The notes under the pieces are model-generated. The model did not search any database and was not told the DNA's origin. It saw only the letters and a list, made by a program, of their open reading frames with translations. A stretch of DNA of 64,000 nucleotides from an uncultured Chloroflexia bacterium. Lineage in GTDB: Bacteria; Chloroflexota; Anaerolineae; CG2-30-64-16. Location of the stretch: contig CAVZDU010000001.1 in NCBI GenBank assembly GCA_963774265.1, forward strand, positions 128,001-192,000. The letters are read 5' to 3'. Both the position numbers and the translations under genes were made by a program. Shown here one piece after another: positions 8,704 to 18,552 of this stretch (position 1 is its first letter; every line of letters starts with the position of its first letter).

Positions 8704-10260
8704 CTAATCGGTGAGCGCGGCTGTCACCGAGTTGCCGATCTCACCGCTGACAAGCAGGTCGTAGACGGCATCCATGTGCGGATACATCACTTCGTCGCGC
8801 TCGATGAATGGCACGCGTCCACGCACGAGTTCGTAAGCGGCCGCAGTTCCGCAGCCCAGTTGGGCCTCGGGCATCACCTTCCGCCTGAAGTCGATGCCCT
8901 GGCTCGCAGCCAACAACTCGATCGCCACAATTCGCCCGACGTTGCCGATGATCTGCCGCGCCCGGCGCCCGGCAATCGGTCCGTTGGATACATGATCCTC
9001 CCAGTTGGCCGATGTGGGGATCGTATCCGCGCTGGCCGGATGAACCAGCATCTTGTTCTCGGATGCGAGCGCCGCCGCGGTGTACTGAACCAGCATGAAC
9101 CCGGAGTTCAGCCCGCCCTGTTCGGTCAGAAAGTCGGGCAGGGTCTGGCGATTGCTGGAGCCATCCACCAGCCGCGTCAGGCGCCGCTCCGACATGTTGC
9201 CCAGCTCGGTGATCCCCAGCGCGAGATAGTCAAACGCGATGGCCAGCGGCTCCCCGTGGAAGTTGCCCCCGCTGATGGCAATCGGCGAACCATCGGATTC
9301 AAAGAAGATGAGGGGATTATCGGTCGCACTGTTCAGCTCGATTTCAACCACCCACCGCGTATACTTGATTGCATCGTGGCACGCGCCATGCACCTGGGGG
9401 ATGCAGCGCAAGGTGTAAGCATCTTGCACGTCCGGGTGGTCCGGCGGGCGGACAAAAGTGGAGCCTTTGAGCAACCGCCGCATCAACGCGGCCGCATCGA
9501 TCTGCCTGGGGTGCGGTCTGGCAAGGTGAAGCCGTGCGTCCAACGCCCACAGCGTGCCATGCAACGCCTCCAGGCTCAAGCCACCGGCCACATCAGCGCA
9601 TAAGGCCACATTTTCAGCCTCGACCACCGCCAGGCAGCCGAGTGCGGCCATGAGCGCGGTGCCGTTCGTCAACGCCAGGCCCTCTTTCGCCTCCAATGTG
9701 ACGGGGCCGAGCCCGGCCTGGCGCAGCGCCTCGTCACCCTTCATGCGCCGTCCCTTGTACTCTGCTTCGCCGAGACCAATCAGGACCAGTGCGATGTGGG
9801 CCAGGGGCGCCAGGTCACCCGACGCGCCCAGGGAACCCTGCACCGGCACGATGGGATGAACCCCGCGCTCGAGCATAGCGAGCAGCAGGCGAAGCGTTTC
9901 AAGACGGATGCCCGAGTGACCCTTGGCCAGCGTGTTCGCGCGAATCAGCATCATTGCGCGCACGACCGCGGTGTCAAAAGGCCGGCCCACACCCACCGCA
10001 TGGCTCATGACGATGTTCCGTTGTAAAGCGCGCACCTGGTCTGGGGGAATCACCCGGTCCTTGAACGCCCCGAAGCCCGTTGTAATGCCGTAAATGATCC
10101 GGTCCTCGGCCACGAACTGCTCGACCGCTGTGCGCGCGGCCTGCACCTTCGCCTCAGCGCCGGCCGTCAGCTTAACCGTTAGCTCGTCCGCCTTTGCGTG
10201 GGCCGCCAGCAGCACATCTTCAATCGACAGGCTTTCACCGTCCAGTTCAAGGTGATACAA
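8704..10260 (-). CDS. hutH: Histidine ammonia-lyase
   Basis: YGITTGFG, MSHAVG (His-type SH), GSLGASGDLAPL (MIO-forming ASG), KEGLAL.NGT, QDAY.LRC.PQ, GGNFHG; TTG start after AAGGAGG. Confidence 0.93.
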   Translation of the reverse strand: MYHLELDGESLSIEDVLLAAHAKADELTVKLTAGAEAKVQAARTAVEQFVAEDRIIYGITTGFGAFKDRVIPPDQVRALQRNIVMSHAVGVGRPFDTAVVRAMMLIRANTLAKGHSGIRLETLRLLLAMLERGVHPIVPVQGSLGASGDLAPLAHIALVLIGLGEAEYKGRRMKGDEALRQAGLGPVTLEAKEGLALTNGTALMAALGCLAVVEAENVALCADVAGGLSLEALHGTLWALDARLHLARPHPRQIDAAALMRRLLKGSTFVRPPDHPDVQDAYTLRCIPQVHGACHDAIKYTRWVVEIELNSATDNPLIFFESDGSPIAISGGNFHGEPLAIAFDYLALGITELGNMSERRLTRLVDGSSNRQTLPDFLTEQGGLNSGFMLVQYTAAALASENKMLVHPASADTIPTSANWEDHVSNGPIAGRRARQIIGNVGRIVAIELLAASQGIDFRRKVMPEAQLGCGTAAAYELVRGRVPFIERDEVMYPHMDAVYDLLVSGEIGNSVTAALTD

Positions 10261-10289
10261 CGCAGCCCTCCTTTGGACTGTTTTGGCGA

Positions 10290-10742
10290 TCAAGGGGCGG
10301 CTATCTGCCGTGCACGCTCGATCATGGCGCGTGTTGCCGGCAGAAGCGGATAAGCATCGAGATCATCGGCGGAAACCCAGCACAACTCGGCCGCATCGTC
10401 GCCTACCACTAAATCGCCCCCCGAATAGGTCGCCAGGTAGTCAATCACCACGTAATGATAGCGGATTCTGCCATCATCGTCACGTTGGATCGGCTCAAAA
10501 ACACCCAGCAGCGGACCGACCGCCACTTCGATGCCGCACTCCTCCCGCACCTCGCGGCGCACGGCCTCTTCCAGCTTCTCGCCAACGTCGACAAGACCAC
10601 CAGGCAGCGCCCACGAGCCTTGCGCAGGCGGCTGTCCGCGGCGCTCCAACAACACCGCGCCATCGCGCCACACCACCGCACCTACGCCCACCATCGGGCG
10701 CCGCGGGTACAACCGCTCAGAGCGATCCTCGGCCATCGTCAT
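10290..10742 (-). CDS. Nudix hydrolase
   Basis: Nudix box GGLVDVGEKLEEAVRREVREECG. Confidence 0.9.
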   Translation of the reverse strand: MTMAEDRSERLYPRRPMVGVGAVVWRDGAVLLERRGQPPAQGSWALPGGLVDVGEKLEEAVRREVREECGIEVAVGPLLGVFEPIQRDDDGRIRYHYVVIDYLATYSGGDLVVGDDAAELCWVSADDLDAYPLLPATRAMIERARQIAAP

Positions 10743-10752
10743 TCGACCTCGT

Positions 10753-10779
10753 AAAAAAGCCCCTGCTTGCGCAGGGGCT
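10753..10779 (-). terminator. Rho-independent terminator after the ferredoxin gene
   Basis: Minus strand agcccctgc-gcaa-gcaggggct-tttttt. Confidence 0.8.
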
Positions 10780-10803
10780 CCGGATAGTCCGCGATCAGAC
10801 CGC

Positions 10804-11082
10804 CTACTTCTTTGCGGAATACCCCGGGCCTTCCTTGAAAAAGGCCGCATTGAGCTCGATGGAACCCACATACTGCGGGAACTCAACCTTGAGATCCTCT
10901 TCCGGTCGGATTGCGTCCACCGGGCATTCAGGCACGCATGCGCCGCAGTCGATGCAGGTGTCCGGGTCGATGTAGAACCAGGGCCACTGATCCTCGGGTT
11001 CACCGGGGATGATGCATTCCACCGGGCAGACCTCTACGCAGGCGCCGTCGCGAATGCACAGGTCAAAGATCACATGAGTCAT
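10804..11082 (-). CDS. Ferredoxin (7Fe/FdxA-like dicluster)
   Basis: CI...ACVEVCPVECI and CIDCGACVPECPVDAI. Confidence 0.92.
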   Translation of the reverse strand: MTHVIFDLCIRDGACVEVCPVECIIPGEPEDQWPWFYIDPDTCIDCGACVPECPVDAIRPEEDLKVEFPQYVGSIELNAAFFKEGPGYSAKK

Positions 11083-11160
11083 GGCGCTCCTCCTGGGTGT
11101 GAGCTTGTGAGTTGGAATTGCCGAAATAGAAGATTGTGCTCTTTGTGGCAGAGCAAGGCC

Positions 11161-11189
11161 ATTCTAAAACGGCAAGCGAAAGATGTCAA
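11161..11189 (-). promoter_or_regulatory. Sigma70-type promoter of the ferredoxin gene
   Basis: TTGACA-17-TAGAAT on the minus strand; the -35 box overlaps the crp-family stop codon. Confidence 0.75.
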
Positions 11190-11854
11190 CTGGCGGCTAC
11201 TTCGGCCAGCCTCTCCGGATTGCGGATCGTGATCCGCTTGCGGCCGATTGTGATCAAACCCTGCGCTTTCATGTCGTTCAACACCTGGGTTGCCGTCTCC
11301 CGGTAAGTGCCGATCGTCTCGGCCAGATCCTGGTGCGTCATCCCGAGAATATCGGCCGAGTTGCCTTCGGCCGACAACCGCAGCAGCAGCGACGCCAGGC
11401 GCGCCGGGATACCCTTAAAGGCCATGTCCTCAAGCCGCGACTCAGCGTCGCTCAGCCGCCGGCCGGTGATTTCCAGCATCCGCAAGCCGACCAGCGGTTT
11501 GCCCAGAATCAAGCGCTCCAGGTCAGTCCGGCTCATCACCAGGATCAGGCAATCGTCCAGCGCTTCTGCAAACGCGTTGTGCATCTGCTGGCCCAACAAG
11601 GCCATTTCGCCAAAGAGCGTCCCGGGTCCCAGCGTCGCGATGACCAGTTTTTTGCCCTCGGGCGAGATGCGATATAGCTGCACCTTTCCCTGCTTGATCA
11701 GGAACAGGACTTCGCTCACGTCTTCCGGCTGATAGAAAACCCGGCCGCGCGGGACGTTGGTGATGGTCGTCATGCGGTCCAGTTCCGCCATGTCGCGATC
11801 AGACAGGTCCCGGAACAGGTCCACATCCGACAGATAGCCGAGCTTGTCATCCAT
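11186..11854 (-). CDS. CRP/FNR family transcriptional regulator
   Basis: cNMP domain (G.LFGEMAL) and [20 protein letters not shown]. Confidence 0.92.
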   Translation of the reverse strand: MDDKLGYLSDVDLFRDLSDRDMAELDRMTTITNVPRGRVFYQPEDVSEVLFLIKQGKVQLYRISPEGKKLVIATLGPGTLFGEMALLGQQMHNAFAEALDDCLILVMSRTDLERLILGKPLVGLRMLEITGRRLSDAESRLEDMAFKGIPARLASLLLRLSAEGNSADILGMTHQDLAETIGTYRETATQVLNDMKAQGLITIGRKRITIRNPERLAEVAAS

Positions 11855-11980
11855 GCTGGCCTCCGCAGATAACAGTTGGCACCGTAGTTACTCCGCCATT
11901 ATAAGGGGAGCAGGGCCAAATCACAAGACGAAACAGATCCGGCCATTTCCATTTCGCGCACCCCGTGTATAATGTCACCC

Positions 11981-13399
11981 ATGAATGAGCCATCCTCTGC
12001 CTGGCAGCCACTTCTCCGCAGGCTTGATGCCCTGCTTCTGGCCATCCTGGTGATCGCCCGCATTCGCATCGACTCGCTGGCCGAGGCCGCTGTGCTGCCC
12101 CTCCGTCAGGCCGATATCGCCAGGCATGCGTTGCTCGGCCGGATCTTGTCCCCCGATGCCATGAACTTGCTGGCTCAGCAGCAACTCGTCGACCCCCTTG
12201 CCCTGCTGATCATTGTTGCGGCCTTAGGCTGCCTGCTGGCATATCTGCTCGTCGACGAGTTCCTCCGTGGCGAGCTTGCGCGCCACCGCGCCAAACTGAC
12301 GCTCATCTGGCTGATTATCCTGCTGACAGTCTTCTTGCCCAGCCTCAAACTCGCCCTCTTGCGCCAGGCCAGCGGGCCGGCCAGTTACAGCCATGACGGC
12401 GGCGTGATTCAAACCGAGGCCGCGATCGACTATCTTCTCGCGGGCCGCAACCCCTACATCGAAGACTATCTGAACACACCCATGGCCGAATGGGGCATCA
12501 ACGAGTTCCGCACCGCGCTGTACCACTACCCGTACTTGCCCTGGACCTTTCTCTTCTCCGCACCATTCAAACTCGCGTCCGAGGCCGCTCTCGGGTGGTA
12601 CGATCAGCGCTTCGTCTACCTCCTGTTGTTTGCATTGACCCTGTTGCTGCTGCCGCGGCTTGCAGGAACACGCACGCGCAGCCTGCTGCTCGTCATGTTG
12701 GTCGGCCTGAACCCTCTCATGGGCACTGACCTGATCTACGGCCAAAACGACAGCTTCGTCTTCGCATGGATCGTGCTCAGCCTGTGGTTGTGGGCGCGGG
12801 GACGCTCGAACGCATCATCTGGCACACCGTGGCGCATCACGTCTGCACTCGCCTTCGGCCTGGCCTGCGCCAGCAAGCCAACGGCGTGGTTCTTTGCACC
12901 GTTCTACCTGTTGTGGATCGTCGGCAGCGAGACCGCGAGCGTCGGAGCCTGGATTCGCAAAGCTGTGCGCCTGGGTTGGCCGGCCTTGGCGGCCGCACTG
13001 CTGGTCATCGGCCCATATTTCATCTGGAGCCCTGGCGCGATGTTCGATGATGTGTGGAAATGGTCCGCAGGCACATCGGAGACCGGCTATCAGATCTGGG
13101 GCTGGGGGGCCTCGAATCTCGTCCTGGCGTTCGGGTGGGTCAAGAGCCGATTCGACATGTGGCCCTTCTGGATAGGAGAGCTTCTTCTGGCGGGACCGCT
13201 CATGGGGGCTTTGCTGTGGCGCCAGTGGCAAGAAAACCGGCTCGGCCGCGCCTTGTGGAGCTACGGGGTCTTCCTTTTGGCCTTCTTCTTCGTCTCGCGC
13301 TTCTTGAACGAGAACTACCTGAGTTACATCCTTGCCTTCCTGGTTCTGGGCGCGCTGATCCGGGAAGATGCCGGCGCCCACACAGCAAATGAGGGCTGA
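11981..13399 (+). CDS. GT-C fold membrane glycosyltransferase (GT87/DUF2029-like)
   Basis: Multi-TM protein; HDG, GRNPY, YPYLP, GQND, ASK motifs. Confidence 0.7.
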   Translation: MNEPSSAWQPLLRRLDALLLAILVIARIRIDSLAEAAVLPLRQADIARHALLGRILSPDAMNLLAQQQLVDPLALLIIVAALGCLLAYLLVDEFLRGELARHRAKLTLIWLIILLTVFLPSLKLALLRQASGPASYSHDGGVIQTEAAIDYLLAGRNPYIEDYLNTPMAEWGINEFRTALYHYPYLPWTFLFSAPFKLASEAALGWYDQRFVYLLLFALTLLLLPRLAGTRTRSLLLVMLVGLNPLMGTDLIYGQNDSFVFAWIVLSLWLWARGRSNASSGTPWRITSALAFGLACASKPTAWFFAPFYLLWIVGSETASVGAWIRKAVRLGWPALAAALLVIGPYFIWSPGAMFDDVWKWSAGTSETGYQIWGWGASNLVLAFGWVKSRFDMWPFWIGELLLAGPLMGALLWRQWQENRLGRALWSYGVFLLAFFFVSRFLNENYLSYILAFLVLGALIREDAGAHTANEG

Positions 13400-13458
13400 T
13401 GCACTCAGGGGTGCGCGTCAGCCCTCATTGTTAACCTGACTGGACCGGGCTTCTTGCC

Positions 13459-14355
13459 CTACCTGTCTCTATTGCGTGGCGCGAGCTGCTTCAGCGTGGT
13501 CTGCACATCGGCCAGCTGGTCTCGCAGCGTATCTGAGTAGATCCGCAGGAAGTGATCCGTATGAGCAGCCCAGGTAGCGCCCCTGTTCGGGTCGGCCAGC
13601 ACCAGGGCCTGCGACAGCGCGTGCAGCGTGGCCGCCGCGGCAGTCCACGAAGGCAGAATCCCGATCGTGTCAACCGGCGCATACAAGACGTGCTGCGCGA
13701 CGGAGGCAATCGCGTTCGTGGCTGAGCCGGCAATCGCGACGGTTTTTGCACCCACATCGCGCGCCACCTTCAGGATCACAGCAACCCCCGGGGTCATCGT
13801 GGTCATGCCAATGCAAAGCACGGCGTCCTTAGAGGTGAGCGTGGTAGACATGGCCGCCTGCCCTGCCAATTCCGATGGAACCGGGTGGGCCGCATAACCA
13901 AGGCTGACCAGTCGACCAACGAACGCTTCGCACAGAAAGGAGAGGTTGCCTTCGCCTGCGACAAAGATGCGCTGCGCACTCTGAAGCACCTTGACGATGC
14001 TCTCAACCGTCTCCTCATCGAAGTGCAGCAGGGAGTAGTCGAGGTTGTTGCGGTCCTGCATCAGGTTGCGGCGAAAGACCTGGGTGGGCGAGTTGTCGCC
14101 CTCAGGCGGCTCATACACCGCCTGCAGGTCGCGCTTGACCTCATCCTGAACTTCGTTGATCAGTTCAGGGAAGCCAGGGTAGCCAAGGCGTTGTGCGAAG
14201 CGAACGACCAGCGCCGTATCGACGTCAACGAGACGGGCGATCTCCGCGGCGGTCATAAATGCCGCGTCCTGGTAGTGGTTCAGCAAATAATCGGCGATCC
14301 GCCGATATCCGGGGGAGAATTGGCCATATAGGGCGCGAATACCTTCTCTGAACAC
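13459..14355 (-). CDS. RpiR/MurR family regulator (HTH + SIS)
   Basis: RRIADYLL...AAFMTA.EIA...VVRFAQRLGYPGFPEL; SIS domain; GTG start aligned with the paralog. Confidence 0.9.
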   Translation of the reverse strand: MFREGIRALYGQFSPGYRRIADYLLNHYQDAAFMTAAEIARLVDVDTALVVRFAQRLGYPGFPELINEVQDEVKRDLQAVYEPPEGDNSPTQVFRRNLMQDRNNLDYSLLHFDEETVESIVKVLQSAQRIFVAGEGNLSFLCEAFVGRLVSLGYAAHPVPSELAGQAAMSTTLTSKDAVLCIGMTTMTPGVAVILKVARDVGAKTVAIAGSATNAIASVAQHVLYAPVDTIGILPSWTAAAATLHALSQALVLADPNRGATWAAHTDHFLRIYSDTLRDQLADVQTTLKQLAPRNRDR

Positions 14356-14381
14356 TGCAATACTCCATTGGGGGATGGATG

Positions 14382-15206
14382 TCAGGATAACTCCGACAGG
14401 GCATGAGCGATCTCGGCCGATCGCTTGGAAGCAGCTTCCGGTTGTTGTTGGGCCAGCGTTTGGGCGATGGCGGTGCATAAAGCATACAGACTGGTCAGGC
14501 TGGGAAGCCCGTCTTCGGTTTCGCCGGGCGCGTAAAGCAGGTGCTCAGCCGATCTTGCAGCCTGGCTGCTCAGGCTGGGAGTGCAGGCAAGCGTCACTGC
14601 GCCTTCACTGCGCGCATAACGCAGCACCCGGGCGACCCCGGATGCCCCTTCCACCGGCGTCATACCGATAACAACCTCTTTGCGCACAACGTGACTCAAG
14701 GCCGCTGCGCGTTCATAGACATCGCCGGAGGCGTACACCACAGGCAGACCTGCTTCACGCAGAGTGGCAGCGAACGATTCAGCCAACGGCGCCGCGGAGG
14801 CTTCACCGGTCACCACGATACGCGGTGCGGCGCGCAGCATATCGATGATATTCTCCAATGAATCCGGTGTGTTATGCGCCAAGGCTTTTTCCAGATTGGC
14901 GCGATCCTTGGCGACGAACGACTGGATCCTGCCGTATAGGCCGCCATCGTCTGTGGGGATGGCGTATGTCTGGCTCAATTCAAGCTTGACCTGCACTTGA
15001 ATATCTTCGATCAGTTCGGGGAAGCCCGGATAACCCAACCGTTGGGCAAACCGGACAACTGTCGTTGTGTCCACATCCACGGCGTCTGCCAGCGCGGCCG
15101 CGGTCATGAATGCTGCGGTGCGGTAGTCGCTGAGGATAAAGTCAGCAACCCGGCGGTAGCTGCGAGACAGATGGTCATAGTGTTTGCGGATCTGCTCTCG
15201 AAACAT
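14382..15206 (-). CDS. RpiR/MurR family regulator (HTH + SIS)
   Basis: RRVADFIL...AAFMTA..LA...TVVRFAQRLGYPGFPEL. Confidence 0.9.
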   Translation of the reverse strand: MFREQIRKHYDHLSRSYRRVADFILSDYRTAAFMTAAALADAVDVDTTTVVRFAQRLGYPGFPELIEDIQVQVKLELSQTYAIPTDDGGLYGRIQSFVAKDRANLEKALAHNTPDSLENIIDMLRAAPRIVVTGEASAAPLAESFAATLREAGLPVVYASGDVYERAAALSHVVRKEVVIGMTPVEGASGVARVLRYARSEGAVTLACTPSLSSQAARSAEHLLYAPGETEDGLPSLTSLYALCTAIAQTLAQQQPEAASKRSAEIAHALSELS

Positions 15207-15283
15207 GTTTCACCTCGATGGAGTGTCGGACGCGTCCGGTCTCAACCACCAGCCGCTCATTCGCCGCCGACTGGGAATCTACA

Positions 15284-15316
15284 GTGAAAAGTCCACTATC
15301 AAAGTGGAAAATCCAG
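15284..15316. promoter_or_regulatory. Candidate operator upstream of the RpiR pair
   Basis: TCCACT-atcaa-AGTGGA inverted repeat within the similar units gtgaaaagtcca / gtggaaaatcca. Confidence 0.4.
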
Positions 15317-15484
15317 TATGAGATTACAGCAACATAATACATCATCCCTTGCAAGTTGTCAAATAGTCTATATGAGAATCTTGGACGATCGCTCCACGTG
15401 CAAGGACTCCTGCTGATGTCGAGAGGATACTACGACTTTCACTGTTTGAGCGTGTAGCCATGCCAGGAGATTCCGACGAACCTT

Positions 15485-16579
15485 TTGACACTGTCTCAAC
15501 TCTCGGCTATTCTTGTCCAAGTGATTCAAACGTTCATGATTTCGTTACGTTACGCACAAGTGTGTGGCGTTTTGCTGGCGGTCCTGCTCACCGGACTGCT
15601 TGCCACTGGCTGCGCCGTCACGACCAGCACACCCGCCGCGCCGGTTGGCGTTGCACCCTCAGAGACGGCCAGGGGGCTGACCCTGAACCCGGCCCAGGTT
15701 ACACCGGGCGCGACCCCATCGACCACTCCGGTCGCGCCGACCGCCACCGCGTCAGCCACGCCAACAGCTGCACCGACCCGGACACCCACCCCACCTCCGA
15801 CGGCAACGGCCGCGGCGACAGCCACGGCGACGGCCGCCCCGACCGCGACCGCCACTCCCACGACGGGGCCCACCCCCGATGGCCTTGTGCGCGGCCTCAA
15901 GGTCCCCATTCTGATGTACCATTATGTTTCCCAGCCGCCCGCAGACGCCGACGTCTACCGGCGCGATTTGTCCGTCACGCCCGAACGCTTTTCCGAGCAT
16001 CTCCGCTACCTTCAGGACGCCGACTATACATCCATCACACTCGACGATCTGCTTTACGCGCTGGCACAGGGAAAGCCCCTCCCCAACAAACCTGTCGTGC
16101 TGACATTCGACGATGGTTACGCGGACAACTACGAAAACGCCTTCCCCTTGCTGAGCGCGCATGGCTTCATCGGGCACTTTTTCATCATTACGGATTTCGT
16201 CAACCAGGGACGGGATGGCTACCTCTCATGGCAACAGATCGAGGAGATGGCCGCGGCAGGCCAGCGCTTTGGCTCGCACAGCCGCGATCATCCTAACCTG
16301 AGCAGCCAATCTGTCGACTACCTGGTATGGCAAGCCTTGGGGAGTAAAGAGGCCATCGAGGAGCACCTGGGCTACCACCCGCGGTGGATCGCCTATCCCT
16401 CCGGGGAATATGACAGCCAGGCGATCGCCGTGTATCACTCTGCCGGCTATTGGGGCGGTCTGACGACACAGCAGGGCACAGCGCACTCGCTCGACGAAAT
16501 CTTCGAACTGCGCCGCATCCGTATCCGCGGTGCGCACACCGCGGACGACCTGGCCACTCTGCTCGCGCTCGATTGGTAA
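15485..16579 (+). CDS. Polysaccharide deacetylase (CE4), probable lipoprotein with a PT-rich linker; start uncertain
   Basis: LATGC lipobox-like, VPILMYH, LTFDDGY.DN, GSHS..H, AYP.G. Confidence 0.88.
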   Translation: MTLSQLSAILVQVIQTFMISLRYAQVCGVLLAVLLTGLLATGCAVTTSTPAAPVGVAPSETARGLTLNPAQVTPGATPSTTPVAPTATASATPTAAPTRTPTPPPTATAAATATATAAPTATATPTTGPTPDGLVRGLKVPILMYHYVSQPPADADVYRRDLSVTPERFSEHLRYLQDADYTSITLDDLLYALAQGKPLPNKPVVLTFDDGYADNYENAFPLLSAHGFIGHFFIITDFVNQGRDGYLSWQQIEEMAAAGQRFGSHSRDHPNLSSQSVDYLVWQALGSKEAIEEHLGYHPRWIAYPSGEYDSQAIAVYHSAGYWGGLTTQQGTAHSLDEIFELRRIRIRGAHTADDLATLLALDW

Positions 16580-16586
16580 CCCGCGC

Positions 16587-17360
16587 CTAGCGCTTCTCTG
16601 CAATCGCGATAATCGATGTGCCGAACGGCAGGCTCACGCGGCGCAGAAGGGCCACCTCCACTTTGCCTACGAACGTCAGGAACGCGTTCAGCGCCGGCGA
16701 GGCGGGTTCCATCTCCACCTGGTACGCGTCTTCGTCGAAGTGCGGTGAGGCCAACTCCGGCTCGGCCCGACCCCGGCGAAGCAGGATGAGCAGCGCGGCC
16801 AGGGGGAACACAAAGAAGTTGTTGTAAGAGATCCGCAGAACCCGAAAGCCGTGTGTTTCCAGCTTGCCGCGGAGTTCGGCGACCGTATAGCGCCGCTGGT
16901 GCATGTTGATGACGTCGTTCTGGCTCCATAGAAACATGAAAGCCGGCACAGTGACGAGGAGCCGTCCGCCAGGCTGGCCGCCCTGGGGGCTGCGCAGCAC
17001 GCGCCTGCATTCCTCGAACACCTGCCCTTCGGCCGGCACATGCTCCACCGTGTCCAGCACTGTCAGCAGATCGAACTCCGCATCGTCGAACGGCAGTGCA
17101 TCGGCCAGCCCCTGGCGCACGTCCAGCCCGCGTTGCAGCGCAACTTCCAGAGGCTTCGGGTTGTTGTCCACGCCGATCACGTGCCCGTAATGGCTCAAGT
17201 GGTGCATCATGTTCCCGGCACCGCACCCAACATCGAGGACGCGCAGCGAGCGCCCCGCGCCCACATACCGGTCGAGATAAGCAAGGATCGCGCGCGTGCG
17301 CGAGGCAAACCACCAATGCTTGTCTTCTTCGAGCACCGTTAGCATCGGGGTAGCGGTCAT
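16587..17360 (-). CDS. Class I SAM-dependent methyltransferase
   Basis: VLDVGCGAG, LPFDDAEFD, HWWF..R, TVPA. Confidence 0.88.
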   Translation of the reverse strand: MTATPMLTVLEEDKHWWFASRTRAILAYLDRYVGAGRSLRVLDVGCGAGNMMHHLSHYGHVIGVDNNPKPLEVALQRGLDVRQGLADALPFDDAEFDLLTVLDTVEHVPAEGQVFEECRRVLRSPQGGQPGGRLLVTVPAFMFLWSQNDVINMHQRRYTVAELRGKLETHGFRVLRISYNNFFVFPLAALLILLRRGRAEPELASPHFDEDAYQVEMEPASPALNAFLTFVGKVEVALLRRVSLPFGTSIIAIAEKR

Positions 17361-17370
17361 AGATAGCTCC

Positions 17371-18552
17371 TTATCGTGCTGCCCTCACTCGAGGGAGCAG
17401 CTTCAACGCGGCGTCAATCACCTGCTCGGGCGAAATCGCTGCCATGCATCCATGCAAGGGCAGCGCGGCAATCGACCAGTCAAGCCGGTCGCACGGCGCA
17501 CAGGTAAAGGGCGAGGTGAGCACGAGATGGCGCATCGAGGAGCCCCAGGGCCCGAACTTCGAGGCCGGGACCGGCCCGTACAGGTGCACCGTCGCAGCAT
17601 CCACCGCCACCGCCAGGTGCAGCGGCCCGGAATCTGACCCCAACACGAGATCACATCGCTCGTAGAGGGCGGCCAACTGCCCCAGCGTTGTCTGGCCGGC
17701 CAAATCAAGAGCAGGCGACTGCATTCCCCCGGCGACCCCCGCGGTCAGGCTGCGCTCGCCGGGCCCGCCCGTCAAGACGATCGACCCGTGTTTCGCCTGG
17801 ATCAGGCTTTGGGCCACAGTGGCCCAGTTTGCCAGGGGCCATTGTTTGATCGCCGCGCCCGCGCCCGGGTGGATAGCCACCAACGGCCGGCCGACCTGGC
17901 CCAACCGCTCTGCAGCCCATGCCCGGTCTTCGGCTTGCACCGCGTACTGCGTCGGTCCCAACCTAGCCGTCACCCCGGGAGCCAGCGCCTCCAGCAAAGT
18001 CGCGTTCTGCTGCACTTCGTGTCGACCGGGACGATACGGCAGCGTCTCCGTAAGAAATCGGAGCGTTTCGGGCCAGGCATAGCCTATGCGCCGCGGAATC
18101 CCTGCGGCTGCGGCTAACCACGCACCCCACCAATGATCGAAACGGAGCACGACGGCCGTGTCGAACCGGCCACGCAACTCTCCGGCCGTCTTCGAGAGCA
18201 GCCGATACGGCGCCAGTGCATTCCCCCTTATTTTGCGCTCGAAACCGGGGAAGGCGCACAACGCCACTGCGTCGAGGTCCTTGTTTCCGGCCACGACCTC
18301 CGCGCCCCACGGCCCAACGAGCAGGGTGAGCCGCGCCTCTGGCAAGGCCTCGCGGAGGGCGCGAAGGGCCGGGGTCAAAAACAGCACGTCACCCAGATGA
18401 TCGGGACGGATGAGCAGTACGGAGTGCGGCGCGGTCCAGTCGCGAGGCCGACCATAGAAGATTCCAGCTACACGCAATCCAGCCAGGCGAACATGTTCTA
18501 AAGGTGTGCGCCGCGTGGCAGCGTCCCCGTTCGGCGCTTCCGGGCTTCTCAC
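17371..18552 (-). CDS. Glycosyltransferase family 9 (heptosyltransferase-like)
   Basis: LIRPDHLGDVLF, IHPGAG...KQWP, DSGPLHLAVA. Confidence 0.88.
   Translation of the reverse strand: MRSPEAPNGDAATRRTPLEHVRLAGLRVAGIFYGRPRDWTAPHSVLLIRPDHLGDVLFLTPALRALREALPEARLTLLVGPWGAEVVAGNKDLDAVALCAFPGFERKIRGNALAPYRLLSKTAGELRGRFDTAVVLRFDHWWGAWLAAAAGIPRRIGYAWPETLRFLTETLPYRPGRHEVQQNATLLEALAPGVTARLGPTQYAVQAEDRAWAAERLGQVGRPLVAIHPGAGAAIKQWPLANWATVAQSLIQAKHGSIVLTGGPGERSLTAGVAGGMQSPALDLAGQTTLGQLAALYERCDLVLGSDSGPLHLAVAVDAATVHLYGPVPASKFGPWGSSMRHLVLTSPFTCAPCDRLDWSIAALPLHGCMAAISPEQVIDAALKLLPRVRAAR

Noticed and set aside
15700-15880. Pro/Thr/Ala low-complexity repeats (also near 27040-27230 and 42120-42270)
   Set aside because: Ordinary flexible linkers of secreted proteins.
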